A stretch of 64,000 bases of DNA, taken from IMG/VR virus record IMGVR_UViG_3300010370_000025; one strand, given 5' to 3'. The first letter of the stretch is position 1; each line of letters begins with the position of its first letter. Of this stretch, positions 48,117-56,665 are shown in pieces. The position numbers and the translations under genes are program-made. The notes below the pieces were generated by a model. It searched no databases, was not told the DNA's origin, and saw only the letters and a list, made by a program, of their open reading frames with translations. This DNA is from a virus. Taxonomy: Duplodnaviria; Heunggongvirae; Uroviricota; Caudoviricetes.

Positions 48117-48551
48117 ATGACGTGGTATAAGAATGCTGAAGGTAGACATGGTGCTGCAGGAGCTAAAGGTGATGCAGGTGAAGAACTTGTCAAACATTAT
48201 CTAGAAGAAAGTAATATCAATTACGAGCATAAGACTGATATTGACAGTCAAGTTAATAAAAAGATTGACTTCATTGTAGAAGGTACTACAATGGATGTTA
48301 AGACTAATGCATACAAAGATTTTCTTGCAGTAGAAATTGCTACATCAAAAGGTAAACCAGGGTGGCTTTATACTTCTACTGCAGAAGAGATTTACGGTGT
48401 AGATTTAGAAAAAGAAGAGATATACAGATATCTACGTGAAGAGATGATTCAGTATGCAGCAGATAATGCGCATCGATTTAAAGTAACAAAAAATAATTCA
48501 GTACTACTTTGGGTACATAAAGATAATAAAATGATTGAGAGATTGCAATGA
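48117..48551 (+). CDS. Hypothetical protein (possible PD-(D/E)xK nuclease fold: 'IDFIVEG...MDVKT')
   Basis: Weak motif resemblance only. Confidence 0.3.
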   Translation: MTWYKNAEGRHGAAGAKGDAGEELVKHYLEESNINYEHKTDIDSQVNKKIDFIVEGTTMDVKTNAYKDFLAVEIATSKGKPGWLYTSTAEEIYGVDLEKEEIYRYLREEMIQYAADNAHRFKVTKNNSVLLWVHKDNKMIERLQ

Positions 48552-49339
48552 AGATAGCACATGAAGCACCAATAAGCATTTTTCCTCAAGTACAGCGCAT
48601 GACTGATTATGATTATGCGCTTGTTCACTTATTTGAATCTAATATGTTTTACTATCGCATGTTTAAAGATGCAGTTATTAACGGGCGTGAAGTTATTTTA
48701 GATAATTCTATTTTTGAATTGGGATATGCATTTGACGGTGATTCATATCATAATTGGATTTTAACTTTAAGCCCTACTTGGTATATTGTGCCTGATGTAT
48801 TAGAAGATACAAATGGTACTCTTAATAGTCTTAATAAGTGGTTTTCAAAGTTTGATATTCCAAAGCCTATTAAGTCTATTGGAGCTATTCAAGGTACTAC
48901 CTACGATGAAATTGTAGAGTGTTATCAGGGGGTTGAACCTTTTGTAGATAAGGTTGCTATATCATTTGATTTTTCTTATTATATTAAGTCAACAGAATAT
49001 TTAAAGCCTGATAATAAGTATTATGCTTGGATGCTTGGCCGTCAAAAGCTATTGAAAGATTTGCTTAATGATGGTATTATCAATACTAATAAACCCCATC
49101 ACCTTCTTGGGTGCGCATTACCTCAAGAGTTTTTAGCTTATAAAGATTATAAGTGGATTGACTCTGTAGATACTTCTAATCCTATTGTACATGGATTAAA
49201 TGGTATAGCGTATAAACCTAATGGTTTAGATGAAAAGATTTCTACTAAACTTATTGATTATATGACTGAGAGTGTTACTGATACTCAACTAGAATTTATT
49301 AAAGGTAATATTGAACAGTTTAGAAAGTTTTGTAAGTGA
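48548..49339 (+). CDS. tRNA-guanine-transglycosylase-fold protein (DpdA-like 7-deazaguanine DNA transglycosylase candidate)
   Basis: TGT-like motifs 'ILDNSIFELG' (cf. DSGGFQ), 'HLLGCALP' (cf. LMGVGTP) and 'IDSVDTSNP' (cf. GVDMFDCV). It is embedded among que genes. Confidence 0.5.
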   Translation: MKIAHEAPISIFPQVQRMTDYDYALVHLFESNMFYYRMFKDAVINGREVILDNSIFELGYAFDGDSYHNWILTLSPTWYIVPDVLEDTNGTLNSLNKWFSKFDIPKPIKSIGAIQGTTYDEIVECYQGVEPFVDKVAISFDFSYYIKSTEYLKPDNKYYAWMLGRQKLLKDLLNDGIINTNKPHHLLGCALPQEFLAYKDYKWIDSVDTSNPIVHGLNGIAYKPNGLDEKISTKLIDYMTESVTDTQLEFIKGNIEQFRKFCK

Positions 49340-49884
49340 AACCTTGGATTGCGCTCTTTAGTAATACTGGTAGCGAGCTCAAAAGGATCTGCGATCATTT
49401 TGATATATGGCCTACATCTGTAATTACTAATAATTTTAACTCGGATGATTGGCGTCATAATATTCCAGAAGATATTGTGACAATGATGTCACCTAGCGCT
49501 ATTCACGCCGGGTTTAAGCATATGTATAAAAGGCAGTTTGTTACTCTACATGGGTATATGAGAATATTGCCTCCAGAAGCATGTGAAATGCATGATGTAT
49601 ATAACGGGCATCCAGGCGCTATCAATCTTTATCCTGAACTTAAAGGTAAAGATCCTCAAGAGCGAGTGTGGAATGATCTAGGTAAATATGAGTTTATTGG
49701 TTCAGTTGTGCATAAAGTTACTGAAGAGCTTGATGGTGGTGAGATTGTAAGTAAAGTCTTTTGCGAAAACACTTGCACTTCTAAAGAAGAGCTCTATAAT
49801 ACAATTAGAGAAACTTCATTTAGATCATGGAAAAACTTTCTTTCAACTCATTTTGAGAGAGAGCTAGGAGTAAATAATGTCTGA
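49336..49884 (+). CDS. PurN/Fmt-family formyltransferase domain protein (DpdN-like candidate)
   Basis: 'NGHPGAINLYPELKG' and 'SVVHKVTEELDGGEIVSKVF' match the PurN catalytic-loop pattern (H..D). Confidence 0.7.
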   Translation: MKPWIALFSNTGSELKRICDHFDIWPTSVITNNFNSDDWRHNIPEDIVTMMSPSAIHAGFKHMYKRQFVTLHGYMRILPPEACEMHDVYNGHPGAINLYPELKGKDPQERVWNDLGKYEFIGSVVHKVTEELDGGEIVSKVFCENTCTSKEELYNTIRETSFRSWKNFLSTHFERELGVNNV

Positions 49885-50122
49885 CGCAATTAAACCTGAT
49901 CATTATAAAGCAGGTAATGCATTGTATAGCTGTATCGATGTTATTGAAGATCTTTGTAAAGGTACAAAGAACGATACGTTTACAGATTATAATAGATTTC
50001 AAGCTTTTAAGTATATCTGGAGAGCAGGTAATAAAGATCCTGTACTTCAAGATCTTAAGAAAGCAGTTAGATTTTTAGAATTTGCTATTGCATACGAGGA
50101 AAAGAAGAATGGTAAAAATTGA
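49877..50122 (+). CDS. DUF3310-like small protein (paralog 1)
   Basis: Shared motifs with 51059-51472: 'PDHY', 'FKYIWRAGNKDP' and 'DLKKA..FLE'. Confidence 0.45.
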   Translation: MSDAIKPDHYKAGNALYSCIDVIEDLCKGTKNDTFTDYNRFQAFKYIWRAGNKDPVLQDLKKAVRFLEFAIAYEEKKNGKN

Positions 50123-51059
50123 GGATATTGCATCAAAGCATTTAGGTAAAGCTGGCGACGGTTCGGTAGTTAAGCCTTATGTTACACCAGATAATATTGA
50201 CCCTAGTCTTTTAGTAGGCGTTCCTCGTTATCTTAATCGCATTCAGTATGCAATTGATGAAAACAACCTTCCTTTTGAAGGTTTTGATACTTGGAATTGC
50301 TATGAGTTTTCTGCATTAACTGATAATGGATTTCCTGTATGCGGGGTAATTCGTTGTGTATATTCTAGCAGCTCTAAGAATATTGTAGAGTCAAAGTCTC
50401 TCAAGCTTTATATGAACTCTTATAATATGGCAAGGCTTGGTAAAAGTGTTAAAGAGGTGACTGAAAACGCAGTTGCAACTATCCGTAAAGATCTTGTAGA
50501 GGTTCTTGGATTAGCTGATGAAAATGATTTGAATGTTTCATTTTGTGATGATCAAAGCCCTTCATATGAACCTATCAATGAGCCATATAAGTCAGCATTT
50601 GTTAAGCTTGAATATGTTAATGACATTGAAAATATGACGTTTGATCATTATAATGAAGATCCTAAGATTCTTCAAGTTATACCAACTAATAATTCATCGG
50701 TAGAATTTAAATGGAAGTCATCTGTACTTCGCTCTAATTGTAGAGTAACCAATCAACCCGACTGGGGTGATGTTTTTATTTCTATTAAAGGCGATAATAC
50801 AATTACTTCAGAATCTTTACTCCAATACTTAGTATCTATGCGTAAAGAAAATCACTTTCACGAAGAAATTTGTGAATGCATTTATAAGAGATTATATGAT
50901 CTACTTAATCCAGAAGAGTTGTTTGTAGCTTGTCTTTATACACGTAGAGGCGGTATAGATATTAATCCAGCTCGCGCTACTAATAAAGAGGTAGTTATGA
51001 AACATGCTTCTATGCTTTATAATTCATCAATTAATAATATTAAAACTTTGAGGCAATAA
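50109..51059 (+). CDS. queF: NADPH-dependent 7-cyano-7-deazaguanine reductase QueF (two-domain type)
   Basis: QueF signature 'ESKSLKLYMNSY'. ATG at 50109 (track 50082). Confidence 0.7.
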   Translation: MVKIEDIASKHLGKAGDGSVVKPYVTPDNIDPSLLVGVPRYLNRIQYAIDENNLPFEGFDTWNCYEFSALTDNGFPVCGVIRCVYSSSSKNIVESKSLKLYMNSYNMARLGKSVKEVTENAVATIRKDLVEVLGLADENDLNVSFCDDQSPSYEPINEPYKSAFVKLEYVNDIENMTFDHYNEDPKILQVIPTNNSSVEFKWKSSVLRSNCRVTNQPDWGDVFISIKGDNTITSESLLQYLVSMRKENHFHEEICECIYKRLYDLLNPEELFVACLYTRRGGIDINPARATNKEVVMKHASMLYNSSINNIKTLRQ

Positions 51060-51472
51060 TGACAAAAGCTAGTAAGAGTAATATGTTTGAAAAGAGTGCA
51101 GCAGAAGAGCCGTTTTTAGCTACTATGGGTTCAACAGAACCGTTCGGTGCAGTAGGATCTTCTATTAGTGTAGATAATGTTAGCTTTACAATGCAAGAAC
51201 CTGCTTATATATCTACTCAGTACGACGTCAATCAAGAAACAGTAGATCATCCAGATCATTATGGTGGTGCTGATAATCCTTATGAAGCAATTAAGGTTAT
51301 TCGCGCTTGGGACCTTGGATTTAGTCTAGGTAATACAGTAAAATATATTTCACGTGCAGGTAAGAAAGATCCTAATAAGCGTCTTGAAGACTTGCAAAAA
51401 GCACTTTGGTATTTAGAAGAAGAGATTCAGTATGAATTTGCAAAAAGCCTTGGACCACGTTCCGGATACTAA
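51059..51472 (+). CDS. DUF3310-like small protein (paralog 2, with an N-terminal extension)
   Basis: 'PDHYGG', 'VKYISRAGKKDP' and 'DLQKALWYLEEE'. Confidence 0.45.
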   Translation: MTKASKSNMFEKSAAEEPFLATMGSTEPFGAVGSSISVDNVSFTMQEPAYISTQYDVNQETVDHPDHYGGADNPYEAIKVIRAWDLGFSLGNTVKYISRAGKKDPNKRLEDLQKALWYLEEEIQYEFAKSLGPRSGY

Positions 51473-52205
51473 ACATAATGTTGTATCAGTTCTCTCCGGA
51501 GGGCTCGACTCTACTATTATGACTTATATTCTTGTACGTAAGTATGGTGCAAATAGAGTCTTTGCACTTTCATATAACTACGGACAGAAGCAAAAAGTAG
51601 AACTTGAAATGGCAGCTAAGACATGTGAGTATCTTGGCGTAGCACATAAGGTTCTTGATCTAAGCATCCTAGGTGATATTGTTAAGAACGTCTCTGCTAA
51701 CATTGGTGGTAGTGATGTTAATATGCCTACTATTAAGGATGTGCTTGGAGATCCTCAACCTAAGACATACGTACCCTTCCGTAATATGATTCTTAATTCG
51801 TTAGCATTCTCGTTTGCAGAAGCTAATAAAGCAAGTCATGTATTTACTGGATTACAAGTACATGATGAATATGGTTATTGGGATACTACTCAGAAGTTTG
51901 TAGATAGTATGAATGCAGTAGCAGATCAAAATCGTACTCATAAAGTTAAACTAGAAGCGCCTTTTAGTCTTCTTTCTAAGTATGATGAACTTATGATAGC
52001 TAAAGAACTTGGTAATGTTCGTTTAGAATATACTCTTACCTGCTATGATCCAGATGAACAAGGTCGTTCATGCGGTATTTGCCCATCATGCTCTGAACGT
52101 CTTCAAAATTTTATTAAAGCAAATATGAGAGACCCTATTCAATACCAACCAGGTAGAACTGTTGATTGGGATAGGTTTCTTATTAACGGTGGTGTAAGCT
52201 ATTAA
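51432..52205 (+). CDS. queC: 7-cyano-7-deazaguanine synthase QueC
   Basis: PP-loop 'SGGLDS' and a C-terminal zinc motif 'CGICPSCSERL'. Confidence 0.8.
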   Translation: MNLQKALDHVPDTKHNVVSVLSGGLDSTIMTYILVRKYGANRVFALSYNYGQKQKVELEMAAKTCEYLGVAHKVLDLSILGDIVKNVSANIGGSDVNMPTIKDVLGDPQPKTYVPFRNMILNSLAFSFAEANKASHVFTGLQVHDEYGYWDTTQKFVDSMNAVADQNRTHKVKLEAPFSLLSKYDELMIAKELGNVRLEYTLTCYDPDEQGRSCGICPSCSERLQNFIKANMRDPIQYQPGRTVDWDRFLINGGVSY

Positions 52206-52849
52206 TGTGCAGTATATTTGGCAGTTTTAGTACTGAAAAGTTAAAAGAGTTAGCTGAGCTTAATTTATATAGAGGTCAGCACTCTTATTCTTTTTCATAC
52301 TATGATATCCTTAAAAGACAAATCACCTTTATGCAGAAAGATTTAGGTGAATTGCCTATTAATGACATTAATATACCTGAAGGGCATTATGCAATAGCAC
52401 ATATGCAAGCTCCCACTACAGGTAATAAAAGAGCTAACACTATACACCCGGCTACTATAGGCGTGCATAGTCTTTGGCATAATGGTATTATTAAAGATCA
52501 TTGTGTAAAAAATATGTCACGTAATACCGTTTTTATTGAAAATGGTGATTTAGATTATCTTTCTTGGGATACTTATTTAATTCTCCATCAGTATGTTTAT
52601 CAAGGCAATATAAATAATATAGATGGTACATTTTCATGCGTATACTATAGTGAGCGTGATGGATTGAGATTGTTTCGTAATGAGATATCACCGCTTTTTA
52701 TTGATAAAGAGCACAACATATCCTCAACTAAATTTAACGATTCAGAATCGCTAATGCCTAATATTATCTGGCAATTTTTGCCAGGTGAAGGTATAATGTC
52801 AATTGATACCTTTAAAACAGTAGAAAACCCTTATTATTTTGGAATATAA
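52205..52849 (+). CDS. Class-II (Ntn) glutamine amidotransferase-like domain protein, free-standing downstream of queC
   Basis: Begins 'MCSIFG', i.e. a nucleophile Cys right after Met as in AsnB/GATase-II. TAATG overlap with queC. Confidence 0.5.
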   Translation: MCSIFGSFSTEKLKELAELNLYRGQHSYSFSYYDILKRQITFMQKDLGELPINDINIPEGHYAIAHMQAPTTGNKRANTIHPATIGVHSLWHNGIIKDHCVKNMSRNTVFIENGDLDYLSWDTYLILHQYVYQGNINNIDGTFSCVYYSERDGLRLFRNEISPLFIDKEHNISSTKFNDSESLMPNIIWQFLPGEGIMSIDTFKTVENPYYFGI

Positions 52850-52852
52850 TTC

Positions 52853-53362
52853 ATGATGATTCATATTGCATCTAAAGAGACTGGATCTTCTCTTACTAAT
52901 TTAGTTGAAGCAGATATTCAACCTAATGCTGTAGATCTTAGAGTGAGTAAAATTTTCTCTATTAATCAAAATACTTTTGTTATCGGTGAAGATGATGATG
53001 GCAAAGAGACAAAAATTCATCGAGGTTCTACTGAAGTATATCCAGATGAGTACGGCTATTATACTCTTGACCCTGGCTCATATGAAGTAATTATGGAAAA
53101 TATTATTTCAGTGGGAGCTGATGAAGCGGGGTGGGTTATTACTCGTTCTACTCTTAATCGTAATGGTGTATATATTACTAGCGGGTTATATGATTCAGGT
53201 TATAATGGTGTCATGGCTGGCGCACTTCATGTAACTAGAGGTACTGCCCGTATTAAGAAGGGTACTCGAGTAGGGCAATTCCTATTATTTAAGTCTCAAT
53301 CTCTTAAGAAATATGATGGAGATTACGGTATCGGTAAGGCGCATGATCAAAAATATAATTGA
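52853..53362 (+). CDS. dUTPase/dCTP-deaminase-fold protein
   Basis: 'SGLYDSGYNGVMAGALHV' resembles the dUTPase/dCD motif III region. Predicted beta-rich. Confidence 0.45.
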   Translation: MMIHIASKETGSSLTNLVEADIQPNAVDLRVSKIFSINQNTFVIGEDDDGKETKIHRGSTEVYPDEYGYYTLDPGSYEVIMENIISVGADEAGWVITRSTLNRNGVYITSGLYDSGYNGVMAGALHVTRGTARIKKGTRVGQFLLFKSQSLKKYDGDYGIGKAHDQKYN

Positions 53363-53545
53363 TTATCTTAAGTGGTCAAACCTATTAATAACATTTACTC
53401 TAAATCCATATAGATGGAAAATTCACTTTAATTATTTTCCTCCTAATGATTTAGGACCAAAGATGCATCATTTAATTATTAGAATATTAATGTTAAGAAT
53501 AGAACTCATCATTGATGATGGTTCGTGGTAATAAGGAAATAAAAA

Positions 53546-54403
53546 ATGGAAATTAAAATTGAACTTGAAGAGCTAAGAAAGAAAAAGCTCTTTATTGCTA
53601 CCCCGATGTATGGTGGTGCTTGTACAGGTATGTACACTCGCTCTATGTGTGATTTGACATCGATGCTAGTAAAGTATGGTATTGAAATGCGATCATACTT
53701 CCTATTTAACGAATCACTTATTACTCGTGCACGTAACTATTGCGTGGATGAATTCTTGCGTTCTGACTTTACACATCTTATGTTTATTGACTCAGATATT
53801 GGATTTAATCCTCAAGACGTAATTGCACTTCTTGCATTACAGGACGATGATTCACCGTATGATGTTATCGGTGGACCTTATCCTAAAAAGTGTATTACAT
53901 GGGAAAAGGTAAAGCAAGCTGTCGATAAGGGTGTTGCTGATAAAGATCCTAACGTGCTTGAAGATTTTGTAGGCGACTTCGTATTCAATCCAGTTATTGA
54001 GAATGGTGCTAAGTCTAAGGAAATTCGTCTTGATGAACCTGCAGAGGTTCTTGAGATTGGTACTGGATTTATGATGATTCGTAAGAAGACGTTTGATCAG
54101 TATGCGGCAGCTTATCCAGAAATTATGTATAAGCCTGATCATGTTCGTACTGCTGCGTTTGATGGGTCGCGTGAGATTGGAATGTATTTCCAAGCAGAGA
54201 TTGATCCTGCATCTAAGCGCTATCTATCAGAAGATTATCTCTTCTGTCAAAACGTACGTAAGATGGGCGGTAAGGTATGGATTTGTCCGTGGATGCATAT
54301 GGCGCATTCAGGCTTCTATACATTCAATGGTAAGCTTCCCGCTCTTGCTTCTATTGGTGCATCAGCTACTGCTGATCCAGCGCTATTAAAGAATAAGAAG
54401 TAA
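53546..54403 (+). CDS. GT-A fold glycosyltransferase-like protein ('FIDSDIGF' DxD)
   Basis: DxD plus an upstream 'ESLITRARN' motif. Confidence 0.45.
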   Translation: MEIKIELEELRKKKLFIATPMYGGACTGMYTRSMCDLTSMLVKYGIEMRSYFLFNESLITRARNYCVDEFLRSDFTHLMFIDSDIGFNPQDVIALLALQDDDSPYDVIGGPYPKKCITWEKVKQAVDKGVADKDPNVLEDFVGDFVFNPVIENGAKSKEIRLDEPAEVLEIGTGFMMIRKKTFDQYAAAYPEIMYKPDHVRTAAFDGSREIGMYFQAEIDPASKRYLSEDYLFCQNVRKMGGKVWICPWMHMAHSGFYTFNGKLPALASIGASATADPALLKNKK

Positions 54404-54419
54404 TTAAAGGATATTTGTT

Positions 54420-55097
54420 ATGAAACTTAGTGAACAGACTATTAATATTTTAAAGAACTTTTCAGTTATTAATAATAACTTGCTTGTTAACCCAGGTAAT
54501 ATTCTTACTACTGTTGCCCCGCAATCACGTTCCGTGTACGCTAAAGCAAACGTAGAAGAAACTTTTCCAAAGCAATTTGCTATCTATGAATTGAATAAGT
54601 TTCTTGGTGTAGTATCTCTCTTCAAGGAACCAGAGCTTGAGTTTGGTGATATGTCAGTTAAGATTGTCTCAGGTAGACAATCAGTAAGCTATACATATGC
54701 AGACCCATCTATGGTTATTGCACCAGATCCTAATAAGGATATTAATTTTCCGACAGCAGATATTGAGTTCTCCATTTCTCAAGAAGAACTTCAGCGCGTC
54801 GTAAGGGCTGCAGGTGTTCTTCAGTTGCCGGAAATTGCAGTGACTGGTGATGGTGCGAACATTACCGTCACTGCTACTAATTCAAAGAATCCAACTACTG
54901 ATGTATTCAGTATTGAGGTAGGTGAGACTAATCATACTTTTAATATGTTAATTAAAGCAGAAAATATTATTAAGTTAATTTCTGCTAACTATGAAGTAAA
55001 GATTACATCGCGCGGACTAGCACAATTTAAGTCTAATAATGTAATCTATTATATTGCAACAGAAGCTAATAGCACATTTAATAAGGATGAAAATTAA
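54420..55097 (+). CDS. gp45: Sliding clamp gp45
   Basis: Colinear with T4 gp45 ('MKLS..T..LKNF..IN'). Confidence 0.85.
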   Translation: MKLSEQTINILKNFSVINNNLLVNPGNILTTVAPQSRSVYAKANVEETFPKQFAIYELNKFLGVVSLFKEPELEFGDMSVKIVSGRQSVSYTYADPSMVIAPDPNKDINFPTADIEFSISQEELQRVVRAAGVLQLPEIAVTGDGANITVTATNSKNPTTDVFSIEVGETNHTFNMLIKAENIIKLISANYEVKITSRGLAQFKSNNVIYYIATEANSTFNKDEN

Positions 55098-55690
55098 TGA
55101 ACGTATATATTCTACTTGACAGATCAGGTTCTATGTCAAGTCTTTGGAATGAAGCAATTGGCGCTATTAATGCATACGTAAAAAAGCTTGACAAAAAGAC
55201 CAAGATCTTTTTATCAACTTTTGATAATGAAAGCTATGATGTTCTTCGTAACTCTAGTGTAAAAGAGTGGAAGGATATTGGTGAGAAAGAATCGCATCCT
55301 AGAGGTATGACTCCTCTTTATGATTCTTGTGCACGTATTATGAATCGTGCAATTGAAGATAATAGCGATAAAACTATTCTTGTCGTAATGACAGATGGTT
55401 TTGAGAATTGCTCAAGAGAGCATACTCGTGAACAGATTAAAGCTAAGATTAAAGACTTTGAAAAGAAAAACTGGGAAGTTGTTTTTCTCGGAGCAAACTT
55501 TGATAAGGTAGATTCAGTTGCATCTGATCTCGGGCTAGCGTATAATAAGTTTACAAATATTACTACAAATAACCTTAGATCGTATATGATGGGTAGTCTA
55601 GCTGACGCTACTGTAGCATATACTACTGCAGGTACTGCAGTAAATATTACTGACAAAGATAAGATGTCTGCTACTAAAGCATCAGTCTAA
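55097..55690 (+). CDS. von Willebrand factor A domain protein (MIDAS 'DRSGSM') inserted between gp45 and gp44
   Basis: vWA motifs 'LLDRSGSM', 'T....' and 'VVMTDGFEN'. Confidence 0.7.
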   Translation: MNVYILLDRSGSMSSLWNEAIGAINAYVKKLDKKTKIFLSTFDNESYDVLRNSSVKEWKDIGEKESHPRGMTPLYDSCARIMNRAIEDNSDKTILVVMTDGFENCSREHTREQIKAKIKDFEKKNWEVVFLGANFDKVDSVASDLGLAYNKFTNITTNNLRSYMMGSLADATVAYTTAGTAVNITDKDKMSATKASV

Positions 55691-55723
55691 TCTTTTATTT
55701 TATATTATGAAAATGGTGAAAAA

Positions 55724-56665
55724 ATGGTACGTGATGAATTCTTGTGGGTCGAAAAGTATCGTCCCAAGACTATAGATGATTGTGTGTTGCCGGACAGCTT
55801 AAAGCAAACTTTTAAGCAGTTTATTGCTGGCGGTGAAATTCCTAATCTACTTCTTACAGGCGGGCCCGGCGTTGGTAAAACGACCGTGGCTCGCGCTATG
55901 TTGGAACAGATTGGGTGTGATTATATTGTTATTAACGGGAGTATGAATGGCAACATCGACACGCTTAGAAATGAAATTCAGCAGTTTGCCTCAAGTATCT
56001 CTTTTAGTGGGGGACGAAAATACGTCATCCTTGACGAAGCAGATTACCTTAATGCAAATTCAACCCAACCCGCACTTAGAAATTTCATGGAAGAATATTC
56101 CAAAAATTGCGGATTCATCCTTACATGCAACTTTAAAAATCGAATTATTGAACCGCTACATTCTAGGTGCTCTGTCGTAGAGTTTAAGATTGCTAAAACA
56201 GATTTACCTAAACTTGCTATGCAGTTTTTCAAGCGCGTAGTAGGTATTCTTGATAAAGAAAATATAAGTTATGATAAATCAGTAGTTGCTGAACTAATTA
56301 ATAAACATGTACCTGATTGGCGTCGAGTTCTTAATGAGCTTCAACGTTATTCTGCTACAGGTAGCATTGATTCTGGTATCTTTATTAATCTTAGTGAAGA
56401 GAATTTTAAAAGTCTTATATCAATGCTTAAAGCTAAAAACTTTGCAGAGATGCGTAAATGGGTAGGTGAGAATAGTGATTCAGATTCTACATCTGTATTT
56501 CGCAAGTTTTATGATCAAGCCTATCAGTATATTAAACCTAGTTCTATTCCTGAACTAGTTGTACTTATTAGTAAGTATCAATATCAAGCTGCATTTGTAG
56601 CTGATCATGAAATTAACTTAACTGCATTCTTAACTGAGTGTATGATTACTGTTGAGTTTATCTAA
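55724..56665 (+). CDS. gp44: Clamp loader large subunit gp44 (AAA+)
   Basis: Walker A 'GGPGVGKTT', 'ILDEAD' and SRC-like 'SRC'. Confidence 0.85.
   Translation: MVRDEFLWVEKYRPKTIDDCVLPDSLKQTFKQFIAGGEIPNLLLTGGPGVGKTTVARAMLEQIGCDYIVINGSMNGNIDTLRNEIQQFASSISFSGGRKYVILDEADYLNANSTQPALRNFMEEYSKNCGFILTCNFKNRIIEPLHSRCSVVEFKIAKTDLPKLAMQFFKRVVGILDKENISYDKSVVAELINKHVPDWRRVLNELQRYSATGSIDSGIFINLSEENFKSLISMLKAKNFAEMRKWVGENSDSDSTSVFRKFYDQAYQYIKPSSIPELVVLISKYQYQAAFVADHEINLTAFLTECMITVEFI

Noticed and set aside
53313-53531. 72-aa ORF bridging the 183-nt gap between the dUTPase-like and GT-A genes
   Set aside because: It overlaps the upstream gene by 50 nt, has no RBS, and its translation looks like low-complexity AT-rich read-through. 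The gap is more likely a regulatory spacer (it contains a short CCTAA-TGAT-TTAGG inverted repeat). Kept as uncertain rather than called.
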